In this document: piece by piece, positions 1-8,822 of the stretch | Layout: each line of letters starts with the position of its first letter | Numbering within the stretch: the stretch's first letter is position 1 | Position numbers and translations under genes: made by a program | The notes under the pieces: generated by a model | What the model saw: the letters and a program-made list of their open reading frames with translations, nothing else | Told to the model about the DNA's origin: nothing | Databases searched by the model: none | NCBI GenBank assembly: GCA_001792345.1 | Contig: MGGJ01000004.1 | Location: 9,697-73,696 of the forward strand | DNA length: 64,000 bases | Reading direction: 5' to 3' | Source: Candidatus Woesebacteria bacterium RIFCSPHIGHO2_01_FULL_39_32 | Lineage (GTDB): Bacteria > Patescibacteriota > Microgenomatia > UBA8517

Positions 1-137
1 TGATACCGGCCCTGTGGCCTTCTTGTGGAGTGAGACCCCTAGCACGAGCCCAACGTCGATCTCCATCGGGAATAATAACAATATGGTCCGGAATTTTGGT
101 TCCGGAAGGCAAGGTAAGAGAGTCCTCTCGCGGCATG
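1..137 (-). CDS. uppS: Undecaprenyl-diphosphate synthase (cis-prenyltransferase), N-terminal 45 codons. The gene continues beyond the window start.
   Basis: Reverse-strand translation gives MPREDSLTLPSGTKIPDHIVIIPDGDRRWARARGLTPQEGHRAGI, matching the UppS signature (hvaIIMDGNGRWA...GH.aG). Start codon is ATG at 137-135. Confidence 0.7.
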
Positions 138-171
138 GTTGAAATTATATCATATCAAAACTAATTTCGTG

Positions 172-177
172 TATAAT
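172..177 (+). promoter_or_regulatory. Candidate -10 element (TATAAT preceded by TG) for the polyprenyl synthase gene, in the divergent region shared with uppS.
   Basis: The sequence cgTGTATAAT lies 16 nt upstream of the ATG at 194. No clear SD follows it. Confidence 0.3.
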
Positions 178-193
178 TAACCCTGATTTTAAA

Positions 194-1330
194 ATGGTTA
201 CGATTGATAAAATTGTTACGAAAACTAAATCAAAAAAGGCGGCCGACGCAAAGGAAACTCTAGAAAAATTCGTTTCAAAAATCGAAGAAGAACTCGAAAG
301 CTATTTCAATAAAGAAATTGCGAACGCATTTGGCGTAAGTAAGAAGGAAAAGCAACTTTCTCTTCACATTTTGCACCACATAAAAGAACATAACTTAAGA
401 CCCGCAAAAAGACTTAGAGGATCTTTTGTTTACTACGGATATAAACTTCTTGGGGGGGGAAAAGAAAAAGACATCATGTTTGCTACGATGAGTATAGAAC
501 TAATCCATACAGCACTTCTTATACACGATGATTTTATGGACCAGGATGATACAAGACGCGGGTTACCAACGACACATGAGTACTATAAAAAATTCCATTT
601 TAATAACAAATTTAGATTTGATCCTCTGCATTACGGTGAAAGTATGGCCGTTAATAGTGGAGATGCGGCGCTTTGTATTGGATTTGAAATTTTAGGAAGA
701 GCGAACTTTAACTCCCAAAATAAGATCTCGGCTTTAAATAGATTATTTAGAGGAATAACAAATACCGCTCTTGGCCAGTCATTTGACATAACGCTAGAAG
801 GCGAAGGTACAGCCTCAGAGAAGGATATAACGGATTTACACCTAGCTAAAACGGCAATATACACATACGAAAATCCTCTCCATATGGGAGCAATTTTATC
901 TGGAGCAAATCAAAAAGACCTAGACTTAATCAGTAAATATGCAATTCCGGGGGGAGTTGCCTTTCAACTCCAAGACGACATTCTTGGCCTTTATGGCGAT
1001 CCAAAGAAAACGGGTAAACCTGCTCATTCAGACTTACGCCAAGGGAAGATGACGCTTTTAATAATTAAAGCACTTGAATTCGGCAACAAAACTCAGCAAA
1101 AAAGACTCAAGGAAATCTGGGGAAAAAGAGACCTAACAGAAAGCGAGGCAAACGAGGTAAGAAAAATAGTAAAAGATACTGGTTCTCTCGAATATTCGCG
1201 AAAGGTTTCTGTAAAATGGGCCAAAAAAGCTCAAAAAGCAGTACCTGAAATGGAAAGGAAGAAATGGAACCAAGAAGCAGTCTACTACCTTGACGGGATC
1301 GCTCAGTATATGGTGGAAAGAGAGGTTTAA
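194..1330 (+). CDS. Trans-polyprenyl diphosphate synthase (FPP/GGPP synthase family).
   Basis: First aspartate-rich motif (FARM) LIHDDFMDQDDTRRG and second aspartate-rich motif (SARM) FQLQDDILG are both present. Length is 378 aa. Confidence 0.85.
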   Translation: MVTIDKIVTKTKSKKAADAKETLEKFVSKIEEELESYFNKEIANAFGVSKKEKQLSLHILHHIKEHNLRPAKRLRGSFVYYGYKLLGGGKEKDIMFATMSIELIHTALLIHDDFMDQDDTRRGLPTTHEYYKKFHFNNKFRFDPLHYGESMAVNSGDAALCIGFEILGRANFNSQNKISALNRLFRGITNTALGQSFDITLEGEGTASEKDITDLHLAKTAIYTYENPLHMGAILSGANQKDLDLISKYAIPGGVAFQLQDDILGLYGDPKKTGKPAHSDLRQGKMTLLIIKALEFGNKTQQKRLKEIWGKRDLTESEANEVRKIVKDTGSLEYSRKVSVKWAKKAQKAVPEMERKKWNQEAVYYLDGIAQYMVEREV

Positions 1331-1334
1331 ATTC

Positions 1335-1859
1335 CTACCTAATATTCAACTTCTTTAAAATCATTTTAAACCAAGGAGTGTAAATTTCGGAATTTTCTAC
1401 AACGTCTCTTTTTAATTCCTTTATTGTGACCCATTTAAAATCTGCTGCTTCGTCGGGATTAGGAATTACCGGCCCATCATATGCGCCCTCAAATACTGCA
1501 TCCAACTCGTGTTCCCCCCACGTTTCATCCATTTCTGCTTTATAGATAAATCTGTATAACTCTTTTAAGGAAGTTGAAAAACCCATTTCTTCTTTTAATC
1601 TACGAGCGGCAGCGTCGGAATAACTTTCATCTTTATAAGGGTGACTGCAAACAGTATTGGACCAATAAAGAGGCCAAGTGGGTTTTTTTGTAGATCTTTT
1701 TTGCAGAAGCATAGATTTTTTGTCGGGAGAAAAAATCACAACTGAAATCGCACGATGAAGTGGAACCGGATATTTGTGTGTTGCAAATTTCTCTTTGTAA
1801 TCCAAAACATTATCATTTTCGTCAACCAAAACTACTTCGTCTATAGATGCTTTATCCAT
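1335..1859 (-). CDS. idi: Isopentenyl-diphosphate delta-isomerase type 1 (Nudix fold).
   Basis: Similar to IDI-1: HRAISVVIFS...LLQKRS..K..WP..WSNTVCSHP...ESY..AA.RRL.EEMG; the W..HE.D region is also conserved. Confidence 0.75.
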   Translation of the reverse strand: MDKASIDEVVLVDENDNVLDYKEKFATHKYPVPLHRAISVVIFSPDKKSMLLQKRSTKKPTWPLYWSNTVCSHPYKDESYSDAAARRLKEEMGFSTSLKELYRFIYKAEMDETWGEHELDAVFEGAYDGPVIPNPDEAADFKWVTIKELKRDVVENSEIYTPWFKMILKKLNIR

Positions 1860-1876
1860 ACTGAAATCAGGTATTT

Positions 1877-3127
1877 TTAAAAACCTACTTTAACTTCCGA
1901 ACCCAGAGCGCTAAGTTTTTCTTTTAATCGTGCCTCCATTCCAAGAATTCGAGCACGTCTAACTAAATTATCCCAATCCACATTTTGTGCACCGATCAAC
2001 CCTTCTATATCAATTAAGTCATCCTTGTGTTTTCCCCAGTCATCTGGTCCAGATCTTCCTAAAGCCGCTTTAAACAAAATCAGATCTTCTAAACCCATAA
2101 TTCTGCATTCATGCCCCATAAACCTAACAATTCTCGCTTCTTCCCACAAGAAATCAAAATCAAAAGGAACAAGCATTTTTCCAGCTTTTACTTGTAAATT
2201 AGATACAATTTCAACTCCCGGTCCAATATCAGCAAATCTTGTATAGGCCACGGAACTGTCTTTTTCGCCAACTTTAAGGTGCAGTGCTGAAGCTACCTGT
2301 TCTATCTCACTATTAGGCACTAGTATGTCAAAATCTTTCATCAATGCCCTTCCCTCATACATAAATACCGGCATGCCGGAAATAAAAATGTGTCTGAATC
2401 CATTTTCATCCAAAACGTCGCGTAATTTAAAATAGCCGTCTGCCATTTCGCCCTTATAAAAAATGTGCGGAGAGAGTTCCGTAAACATTCTTCTAGCTGT
2501 TTCGTAAACTGTTCCTGAAGCTGATATTCTGTGGATAGTTGCTACTTCTTCAAAAACCCCTAAGATTTCGGACCCTAATTTTTGGTGATGCTGATATCCC
2601 TTTCTAGCTAAAGTAGGATCATCCCCATTCTTTCTCGCAAGTTGTGAACCGTCCCGGTCACAAACCTCAGCTTCTTTGGGTGGTTTGAGTAATGGATGAT
2701 AAGATTCACCACAATCAGGACAAACTCTTCGTTCTTGGACTCTTCCGACCACTTCCTCTTCAGATAGTGTAAGTTCAACTAGATGAAGATTTACACCATT
2801 TCCTTCTCCCCATTTTTTAACCACTTCGGCCTGTTCTGTTGTTCTGGGAATATTATCTAAAACTACTCGACCGGCTGTTAAACTATCTAAAGTTACCCTT
2901 AAACTAGGTAAAAAGGTGCGATCGGGTATCAAATCCCGACTCGTATCCAGAACATGAATTAACTCGGGCACAATATCTTTTCCTCTAACCAATCTTGCCC
3001 TTGTCGTTTCCGCTAAAAATATTGTTTGTGTTGTTTTTCCTGCCGTCGGTGGACTTGCAGCAAATATAAAGGCGTCTCTTGGCACTTTTCTTGTCCTTTC
3101 TGTTTCTTCCAATATTCTTTCTACCAT
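1877..3127 (-). CDS. Adenylate-kinase paralog (divergent P-loop, zinc LID) fused to a C-terminal ~190-aa nucleotidyltransferase-fold (GrpB/Pol-beta-like) domain.
   Basis: N-terminal half aligns with ADK: a P-loop-like ASPPTAGKTTQ, NIPRTTEQAE (like GFPRT..QAE), and the LID RRVCPDCGESYHPLLKPPKEAEVCDRDGSQLARKNGDDPTLARKGY (like RRIC..CG..YH...NPPK..G.CD.DG..L.QR.DD). C-terminal half has the NTase pattern ISGMPVFMYEGRALMKDFDILV. The canonical adk gene lies elsewhere in the window (10369..11043). Confidence 0.55.
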   Translation of the reverse strand: MVERILEETERTRKVPRDAFIFAASPPTAGKTTQTIFLAETTRARLVRGKDIVPELIHVLDTSRDLIPDRTFLPSLRVTLDSLTAGRVVLDNIPRTTEQAEVVKKWGEGNGVNLHLVELTLSEEEVVGRVQERRVCPDCGESYHPLLKPPKEAEVCDRDGSQLARKNGDDPTLARKGYQHHQKLGSEILGVFEEVATIHRISASGTVYETARRMFTELSPHIFYKGEMADGYFKLRDVLDENGFRHIFISGMPVFMYEGRALMKDFDILVPNSEIEQVASALHLKVGEKDSSVAYTRFADIGPGVEIVSNLQVKAGKMLVPFDFDFLWEEARIVRFMGHECRIMGLEDLILFKAALGRSGPDDWGKHKDDLIDIEGLIGAQNVDWDNLVRRARILGMEARLKEKLSALGSEVKVGF

Positions 3128-3298
3128 AAAAGCGTTTAATTATCTACGAAAGGGGGGTTATTTTCAATAAAAATGAGGGGAATACATAGTTGATTAAAGG
3201 AATTAAGACAAATCTAAATACTGCCTGGGTATCCCACCATTTTGTTTTTTTGATTCAATCGCTTGGCTGAATTCATCCATTGCTTGGTTAATTTCTCT

Positions 3299-3526
3299 CT
3301 ATTGATTGAGTTCTGCTATCTCAGTTGGGGTATACCAGTGAACTTGGAGAGGCTTACCATCCGGCGTATTGTAAGGCGGATCTAAAACATAAGAAATTGC
3401 ACTAACAACCCCTGATTTTGCAACTTCAAGCATTTGCGAAAGCCTTTCTACTACATCCCCGTATCCACGTCTTCCATGCTCTAGAGTACCTATACCACCT
3501 TGTTCAATAGATAACGATCTTTCCAT
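3299..3526 (-). pseudogene. Probable remnant of an S-adenosylmethionine-dependent methyltransferase, truncated.
   Basis: A motif-I-like stretch IEQGGIGTLEHGRRGYG (compare FAGSGALGLEALSRGA of RsmD) is followed 30 aa later by the catalytic tetrapeptide in ...YVLDPPYNT. The product is only 75 aa, the spacing is shorter than in intact enzymes, an in-frame TAG is followed by a further 31 sense codons, and the N-terminal ~50 aa of the fold are missing. Confidence 0.3.
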
Positions 3527-3592
3527 TCTTGATATATTATTGCTAGCTTTGACGAATTTATTTGCGCTAACGTATACTATTAGTCATATATC

Positions 3593-4189
3593 ATGACTAA
3601 AACCCCATGGTTCGACTCGCATAGCTCGCTCACCACAAGCGCTTTTGAAGCAGCTTATAGAAGGCTTGCACTTCCCCTAATGAAATTTATCGTAAAAAGA
3701 GTTGGTGGAAATAAAGAAATGGCTGAGGAGGTATTTTCCCGAACAGTTTCTGCTGCCTGGGAAGGATGGAATGCTTTTGAGCATAAAAGCAGCTACTTCA
3801 CTTGGGTTTGCAGGATTGCTCTTAATAAAATTGCTGATTATTACCGCGAAGAGATTAATCGCGAGTCGAAATTTGTTGCCCCACTTTTAGAAGAAATTGC
3901 TGAAGCTTCTATTAATGAACTTTCACCCCCCGAAAGACTGGCGCTTGATGAGTTAAGATCTTCAGTTAGAGCTTGTATAAAGTTATTACCCGAAGACAAA
4001 AAACAGTTACTTTTTCTTCGCTACTGGAAAGATCTGACAATAAAACAAATTGCTAAACAACTAGGACTTTCTGAGCGTGCTGTTGAAGGCAAACTTTATA
4101 GGGCTCGTAACAAAATGAATGAAATTATTTCTCTGAAATATCCTGAAATAGTCCCAGATTATCTCAGGAAAGAAAAGAAAGATATTTAA
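3593..4189 (+). CDS. ECF-type sigma-70 family RNA polymerase sigma factor.
   Basis: Region 2 matches (FEAAYRRLALPLMKFIVKRVGGNKEMAEEVFSRTVSAAWEGW), as does region 4 (LLFLRYWKDLTIKQIAKQLGLSERAVEGKLYRARNKM). Confidence 0.85.
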   Translation: MTKTPWFDSHSSLTTSAFEAAYRRLALPLMKFIVKRVGGNKEMAEEVFSRTVSAAWEGWNAFEHKSSYFTWVCRIALNKIADYYREEINRESKFVAPLLEEIAEASINELSPPERLALDELRSSVRACIKLLPEDKKQLLFLRYWKDLTIKQIAKQLGLSERAVEGKLYRARNKMNEIISLKYPEIVPDYLRKEKKDI

Positions 4190-4884
4190 TATTTCTGAAC
4201 CTTGTATTTTCTTTCAATAAAACTTAAATCTTTCCCTCTTACCATCTCCAAAGTTGTATCTACCCCATCAAATAAATTAGGAAGCTTGTAAATCTCTTTT
4301 TCAGTAAGCCATAGATTTTCTCCTCCCTCAAACGATTTAATCAATTTTCCTGTAAGTTTGGTTGCTTTAAAAGAGAAAAAGAACTTGTCTTCAAGTAGCT
4401 TTCCATCCTTCGCGTAGTCCATTTTGTGTTTAATCCCAACAAGTTTTATTGTTCCCTTTAATCCGGTTTCTTCTTTTAGTTCTCGCACAGCCGTTTCGTA
4501 AATTGTTTCTCCCCATCTAACTTTTCCTCCAAAAAAACCGTAAAAACCGAAGTAAGGTTGTTTTAACCGTTTTTGAACCAAGTATCTATAAGTTCCTTTT
4601 TCATTTTTGATGCAACAAACCAAAACTCCAACTTTTGCTTGACGTTCTGGTACTAAATTTTGGGTATCAAACCTATTGGCAAATTCTTTTCCGCTTGGAG
4701 TTAGGTGATAAGAATTACCGCTTTTTTCTATTAAAGTGGCTTCGATAAGCTTTTTTAAGTGAAAGTTAAACTGATCGCTTGGAACTTTCAGACTATTTAA
4801 TTTAGAAAACCGAGCTTTTGTTCTAAAAAGTAAAACCAAAAGTATGTTTACTTGAACTGGATGTATCTCGTTTTCAATTGCCAT
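4186..4884 (-). CDS. Winged-helix DNA-binding domain fused to a Nudix hydrolase (reverse domain order relative to NrtR).
   Basis: N-terminal ~75 aa looks like an HTH/wHTH (VNILLVLLFRTKARFSKL...LKKLIEATLIEKSG). An intact Nudix box follows: GGKVRWGETIYETAVRELKEETGL (G-x5-E-x7-REUxEExGU). Confidence 0.65.
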   Translation of the reverse strand: MAIENEIHPVQVNILLVLLFRTKARFSKLNSLKVPSDQFNFHLKKLIEATLIEKSGNSYHLTPSGKEFANRFDTQNLVPERQAKVGVLVCCIKNEKGTYRYLVQKRLKQPYFGFYGFFGGKVRWGETIYETAVRELKEETGLKGTIKLVGIKHKMDYAKDGKLLEDKFFFSFKATKLTGKLIKSFEGGENLWLTEKEIYKLPNLFDGVDTTLEMVRGKDLSFIERKYKVQKY

Positions 4885-4961
4885 ACACCAATTCTAATAG
4901 GAATTATTACAAAATCCAGTGAAGCCGACTTAAGTAAGCTTTGCTATGTTAAACTTGACTA

Positions 4962-5579
4962 ATGAATCTGATCTTTGATTTTGACGGAACAATATGTGAT
5001 AACTTTGATACTGTCTTTATTCTAGCCACAGAATTTCTACAGAAAGAAGGGAGGACCATAATCTCAGCTAACGAAGTTCGCAGAAAAGGAGCTAAAAAAC
5101 TTATTTCGGAGAGCGGAATACCAAAATATAAAATTCCTAAACTTTTACTTCTTGCTAGGAAAAAGATAGCGGAACAGATCCCCAATTTAAAACTTTTTAA
5201 AACCTTACCCAAAGTAATTATAAAACTCTCCAAGAAACACAAATTAGGAATAATCACGTCTAATTCAGTAGAAAATGTGACTACTTTTTTGAAAAATCAC
5301 AAACTTTTAAAATATTTTAGTTTTATACATTCAGAAATTGATTTATTCGGTAAAGGAAAAAAATTAAAAAAAGTGATTTCCAGATTCAGTCTTTTACCAG
5401 AAGAAACAATCTATATTGGTGATGAAACAAGAGATATAGAAGCGGCAAAATATGCAAAAATAAAATCGGTCGCGGTAATTTGGGGCTACGAATCCGAAAA
5501 GTCACTGAAAGGACAAAATCCAGATTATATTGCCGAAAAACCCAAGGATCTTTTGAAGATGTTTAATCTTACCTCTTAG
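4962..5579 (+). CDS. HAD-superfamily hydrolase (phosphoglycolate phosphatase-like).
   Basis: Motif I is MNLIFDFDGTICDN, motif II is IITSNS, and motif IV is GDETRDIEAAKYA. Confidence 0.75.
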   Translation: MNLIFDFDGTICDNFDTVFILATEFLQKEGRTIISANEVRRKGAKKLISESGIPKYKIPKLLLLARKKIAEQIPNLKLFKTLPKVIIKLSKKHKLGIITSNSVENVTTFLKNHKLLKYFSFIHSEIDLFGKGKKLKKVISRFSLLPEETIYIGDETRDIEAAKYAKIKSVAVIWGYESEKSLKGQNPDYIAEKPKDLLKMFNLTS

Positions 5580-5979
5580 GAGATTGTTTAGCCCTTCTCG
5601 CCTTACCGCCTGTTCCGATTTTTCGACGTTCACGGGTACGAGAATCCCGTGTGAGAAGACCGGCTTTTTTAAGTACGGGGCGAAATTCATCTCTATTTAG
5701 CTTTGCGAAGGCTCGCGCAATTCCATGTACAACGGCATCCAGTTGACCCATTACTCCTCCGCCAACAACTTTAACTGTTGCGTAATATTTATCTGTTGCA
5801 TCTAGTGTCCTGAAAGGCTTAGACCACAAATCCTTATTAGTCGGGCCCGGAAAATAATCGGATATTAATTTCCCATTCACGGTCGTGTCTCCCTTTCCTC
5901 TAAAAAGTCGTACGCGGGCGGCTGCACTTCTTCGACGTCCTACCGCGTATGTATAGTTTGGTTTAGAATTTTTTGCCAT
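5569..5979 (-). CDS. rpsI: 30S ribosomal protein S9.
   Basis: YAVGRRRSAAARV...VKVVGGGVMGQLDAVVHGIARA...TRDSR.RERRKIG..KARRAKQSPKR. Confidence 0.95.
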   Translation of the reverse strand: MAKNSKPNYTYAVGRRRSAAARVRLFRGKGDTTVNGKLISDYFPGPTNKDLWSKPFRTLDATDKYYATVKVVGGGVMGQLDAVVHGIARAFAKLNRDEFRPVLKKAGLLTRDSRTRERRKIGTGGKARRAKQSPKR

Positions 5980-5982
5980 ACT

Positions 5983-6405
5983 TTATTCTCTTACTTTAAA
6001 TTTATCTTTATAAGGGTGGTTTAAATCTGCAAAGACTTTGAGCCGAACCATTCTTTTGCTTTTGAGACGATTATCGGGAAGCATTCCGGATACTGCATGT
6101 TGGATAACTTTTTCCGGCTGCTCCTTAATCATTTTCTCAAAACTAACTTCTTTAAAGCCTCCCGGATAACCCGAATGCCTTCGATATACTTTTTGACCAG
6201 ATTTATTACCGGTAAGTCCCACTTCTTTCGCATTTACGATAACCACGTAGTCTCCCATATCCATGTGATCCGAATACTTTGGTTTATGCTTTCCCATCAA
6301 AAGACGTGCGATTTGAGTTGATAGCCTCCCTAATATCTGGTTTTGGGCATCGACAAGATGCCAGTTTCGTTTTACGTCTTTGCCTTTTGGTTGATATGTC
6401 TTCAT
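5983..6405 (-). CDS. rplM: 50S ribosomal protein L13.
   Basis: KRNWHLVDAQNQILGRLSTQIARLLMGKHKP...DHMDMGDYVVIVNA. Confidence 0.95.
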   Translation of the reverse strand: MKTYQPKGKDVKRNWHLVDAQNQILGRLSTQIARLLMGKHKPKYSDHMDMGDYVVIVNAKEVGLTGNKSGQKVYRRHSGYPGGFKEVSFEKMIKEQPEKVIQHAVSGMLPDNRLKSKRMVRLKVFADLNHPYKDKFKVRE

Positions 6406-6410
6406 AATTA

Positions 6411-6890
6411 TTATTTAGGCATACTTCGTTTTCTCAGATTCTTCGCTCTTTCTAGAACTTTTCCCTTTAAGCCCTTTTTAATTGGTTTTTCAGCCTCTTT
6501 CTTTTCTTTTCCTTCTTTTTTAGTCTGAATCTTAATCTTCTGACTCCACTCAAGTCTTACGATAGAACTTCTATCTCCCCGCCTTTCGGGAAGTTTAATA
6601 ATTCTGGTAAATCCGCTGTTCCTTCCCGTAAATTGAGGTGCTATTCCAAAAAGTGAATCGGTAGTCTTCCTGTCGTTTGCAAGAGAGGCATAAACGCGCC
6701 TTCGCGCAGATATTCCTTCCTTTCTTGTCATACCTACTAATCTTTCAATTTGGGATTTAATAGCTTTTGCTTTTGCATATGTAGTTATTATTTCTCCATG
6801 TAAAACCAACGCTTTTATCAAGCTTATGAAAAGTGCCTTCCTTGAACCCCTATCTCGGGATAGCTTTCTTCCGAATACTCTCTTTTTCAT
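6411..6890 (-). CDS. rplQ: 50S ribosomal protein L17, with a Lys-rich C-terminal extension.
   Basis: GRKLSRDRGSRKALFISLIKALVLHGEIITTYAKAK. Its position immediately follows rpoA. Confidence 0.9.
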   Translation of the reverse strand: MKKRVFGRKLSRDRGSRKALFISLIKALVLHGEIITTYAKAKAIKSQIERLVGMTRKEGISARRRVYASLANDRKTTDSLFGIAPQFTGRNSGFTRIIKLPERRGDRSSIVRLEWSQKIKIQTKKEGKEKKEAEKPIKKGLKGKVLERAKNLRKRSMPK

Positions 6891-7810
6891 GCGATTAGAT
6901 TGGTTAACACAAGTCCTCTCTCACCAAGTGCTGCTTCAATTATTTTTACGGACTTTTCTCCAAGGTTTCGTACTTTGACAAGTTCGTCTCTTTTTGCAGT
7001 CACAAGTTCTTCGACTGACTCGTATCCGGCTTTTACTAGGGCATTTGCTACTCTTGTCGGTAATCCTATTTCTTCAACTGAAAGTTTTCCAACGGGACCC
7101 AAATTATCTACCTCTTCTTTAACTTTTTTCTCAATCTTTTTGGGAGTAACAACTTGGTTAAAGTACGCAACGAGAATACTGGCAGCAGTAGTCAACGCCT
7201 CTTTGGGATCAACTGTTGCATCTGTCCAAATTTCGATAGTTAATTTGTCATAATTGGTCAATCTACCGACACGGGTTTCTTCCACTTTATAGTTAACTCT
7301 TATGACTGGAGAAAATGAAGCGTCGAGTGGAATCAAGCCAATTTCACCTGTTGCACGCTCATCTGCCGGAGAGTAACCACTTCCTGCCTCAACTTCCAAT
7401 TTTGCTTCCAACTTTGATCCTTTATTTAAACTTGCTAGAATCAAATCAGGATTCATTATAGTTACAGTTGCATCAGACTTTATATCAGATGCTTTTATAT
7501 CCTTTGGTCCTGTTGCTGTGATTGTTGCTTTTACAACTCTTTCTCCGTCGTATTTAATGCGGACCTTTTTAAGATTAAGTAAAAATTCAACAATATCTTC
7601 TTTCATACCTTTAAGAGTCGAAAATTGGTGTTTTACACCGCTAATTCGTACATTAGTAATTGCCGCTCCAGGTAAGCTAGTTAGTAAGACTCGCCTTAAG
7701 GAATTTCCGAGAGTATTTCCATACCCTTGTTCTAAGGGGGATATAACAAATCGTCCATAGTTGACCTTTTTCTCTTCTTGTTTAATTTCAAAAATTGGTT
7801 CGGTTATCAT
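6887..7810 (-). CDS. rpoA: DNA-directed RNA polymerase subunit alpha.
   Basis: The N-terminal domain (GRFVISPLEQGYGNTLGNSLRRVLLTSLPGAAIT) and the C-terminal domain (LSVEEIGLPTRVANALVKAGYESVEELV) are both present. Confidence 0.95.
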   Translation of the reverse strand: MITEPIFEIKQEEKKVNYGRFVISPLEQGYGNTLGNSLRRVLLTSLPGAAITNVRISGVKHQFSTLKGMKEDIVEFLLNLKKVRIKYDGERVVKATITATGPKDIKASDIKSDATVTIMNPDLILASLNKGSKLEAKLEVEAGSGYSPADERATGEIGLIPLDASFSPVIRVNYKVEETRVGRLTNYDKLTIEIWTDATVDPKEALTTAASILVAYFNQVVTPKKIEKKVKEEVDNLGPVGKLSVEEIGLPTRVANALVKAGYESVEELVTAKRDELVKVRNLGEKSVKIIEAALGERGLVLTNLIA

Positions 7811-7824
7811 GACTTTTCACCTCC

Positions 7825-8424
7825 TCATCGTGAGTAAAACTCAACAATATCTTGTTCTGAAATTGGCTCAGCAATATCTTCTCTTTTTGGCAAAGAGGAA
7901 ACTTTTCCTATAACGGCCTTGCGTTTAAGCCAACTTGGCAATCTTGTTTCCTCTTCCTGTAAAAGTTTCTTAATACTTGGTATACCAAGTGCCTTTGATG
8001 TCAAATTAACTGTTTCACCAACCCTTACCTGATATGATGGAATATTTACTTTTTTTCCGTTAACTAGGACGTGTCTATGTCCGACAAGTTGACGTGCGGC
8101 CGACCGGCTAGGAGCAAAACCAAGTCGGTAAACAGTATTATCTAATCTTCGCTCCAGTAGAGAAATGAGCATTTCTCCAGTATTACCTTTCGATTTAAGT
8201 GCTTGAGTAATGTATTTTTTGAATTGTTTCTCTAATACTCCATACATTCTTCTTACTTTCTGCTTTTCCCGTAATTGTCTTCCATACTGAGAAGGCGTTC
8301 TTGTACCCCTTGGGCCATGCATACCAGGAGGTACTGTCAAACGCGTAAGCTTAGATCCTTTTCCAAAAAGATCTGTGCCTTCACGTCTTGATAATTTATC
8401 TTTTGGTCCAGTGTAGCGTGCCAT
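7825..8424 (-). CDS. rpsD: 30S ribosomal protein S4.
   Basis: MARYTGPKDKLSRREGTDLF...QYGRQLREKQK...NGKKVNIPSYQV. Confidence 0.95.
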   Translation of the reverse strand: MARYTGPKDKLSRREGTDLFGKGSKLTRLTVPPGMHGPRGTRTPSQYGRQLREKQKVRRMYGVLEKQFKKYITQALKSKGNTGEMLISLLERRLDNTVYRLGFAPSRSAARQLVGHRHVLVNGKKVNIPSYQVRVGETVNLTSKALGIPSIKKLLQEEETRLPSWLKRKAVIGKVSSLPKREDIAEPISEQDIVEFYSR

Positions 8425-8426
8425 CG

Positions 8427-8819
8427 TTATGCTCTCCTTTTTTTCTTCGGTCTTGGGCCATTATGTGGAATAGGCGTAACATCTGCAATCATGGCAATCT
8501 TTAATCCTGTTGATCTTATTGCCCTTAGGGCCGCATCGCGTCCTGGCCCAGGACCCTTTACATAAATTTCAACTTCTGTGAGTGCATTTTCTTCTTTGGC
8601 TTTTTTTATCACCTTATCGGTAGCGGTAGTAGCGGCAAAGGGAGTCGATTTCCTTGTTCCTTTAAACCCTACGTTTCCGGACGAACCCCAGACCAAAGCG
8701 TTCCCCTCCATATCAGTTACAGTAATAAGCGTGTTATTGAACGTAGCCGAAATATAGACTTTTCCCTTGGGGGACTGTTTTTTTTCAACCCTATCCTTTT
8801 TTGTTTTCTTAGCTGCCAT
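8427..8819 (-). CDS. rpsK: 30S ribosomal protein S11.
   Basis: ISATFNNTLITVTD..GN.L.W.SSG..GFKG.RKSTPFAA. Confidence 0.95.
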   Translation of the reverse strand: MAAKKTKKDRVEKKQSPKGKVYISATFNNTLITVTDMEGNALVWGSSGNVGFKGTRKSTPFAATTATDKVIKKAKEENALTEVEIYVKGPGPGRDAALRAIRSTGLKIAMIADVTPIPHNGPRPKKKRRA

Positions 8820-8822
8820 TTT

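Noticed and set aside
60-120. tccggaagg / ggtccgg stretch resembling the SRP-RNA domain IV motif, and a tccggaa...ttccgga hairpin
   Set aside because: It lies inside the uppS coding sequence, which translates cleanly. There is no surrounding SRP RNA helix architecture.
3299-3301. Possible stop-codon reassignment (in-frame TAG followed by further sense codons in the methyltransferase remnant)
   Set aside because: All ~80 confident genes terminate normally at TAA, TAG or TGA, and TGA is used as a stop throughout. This single case is better explained by pseudogene decay.
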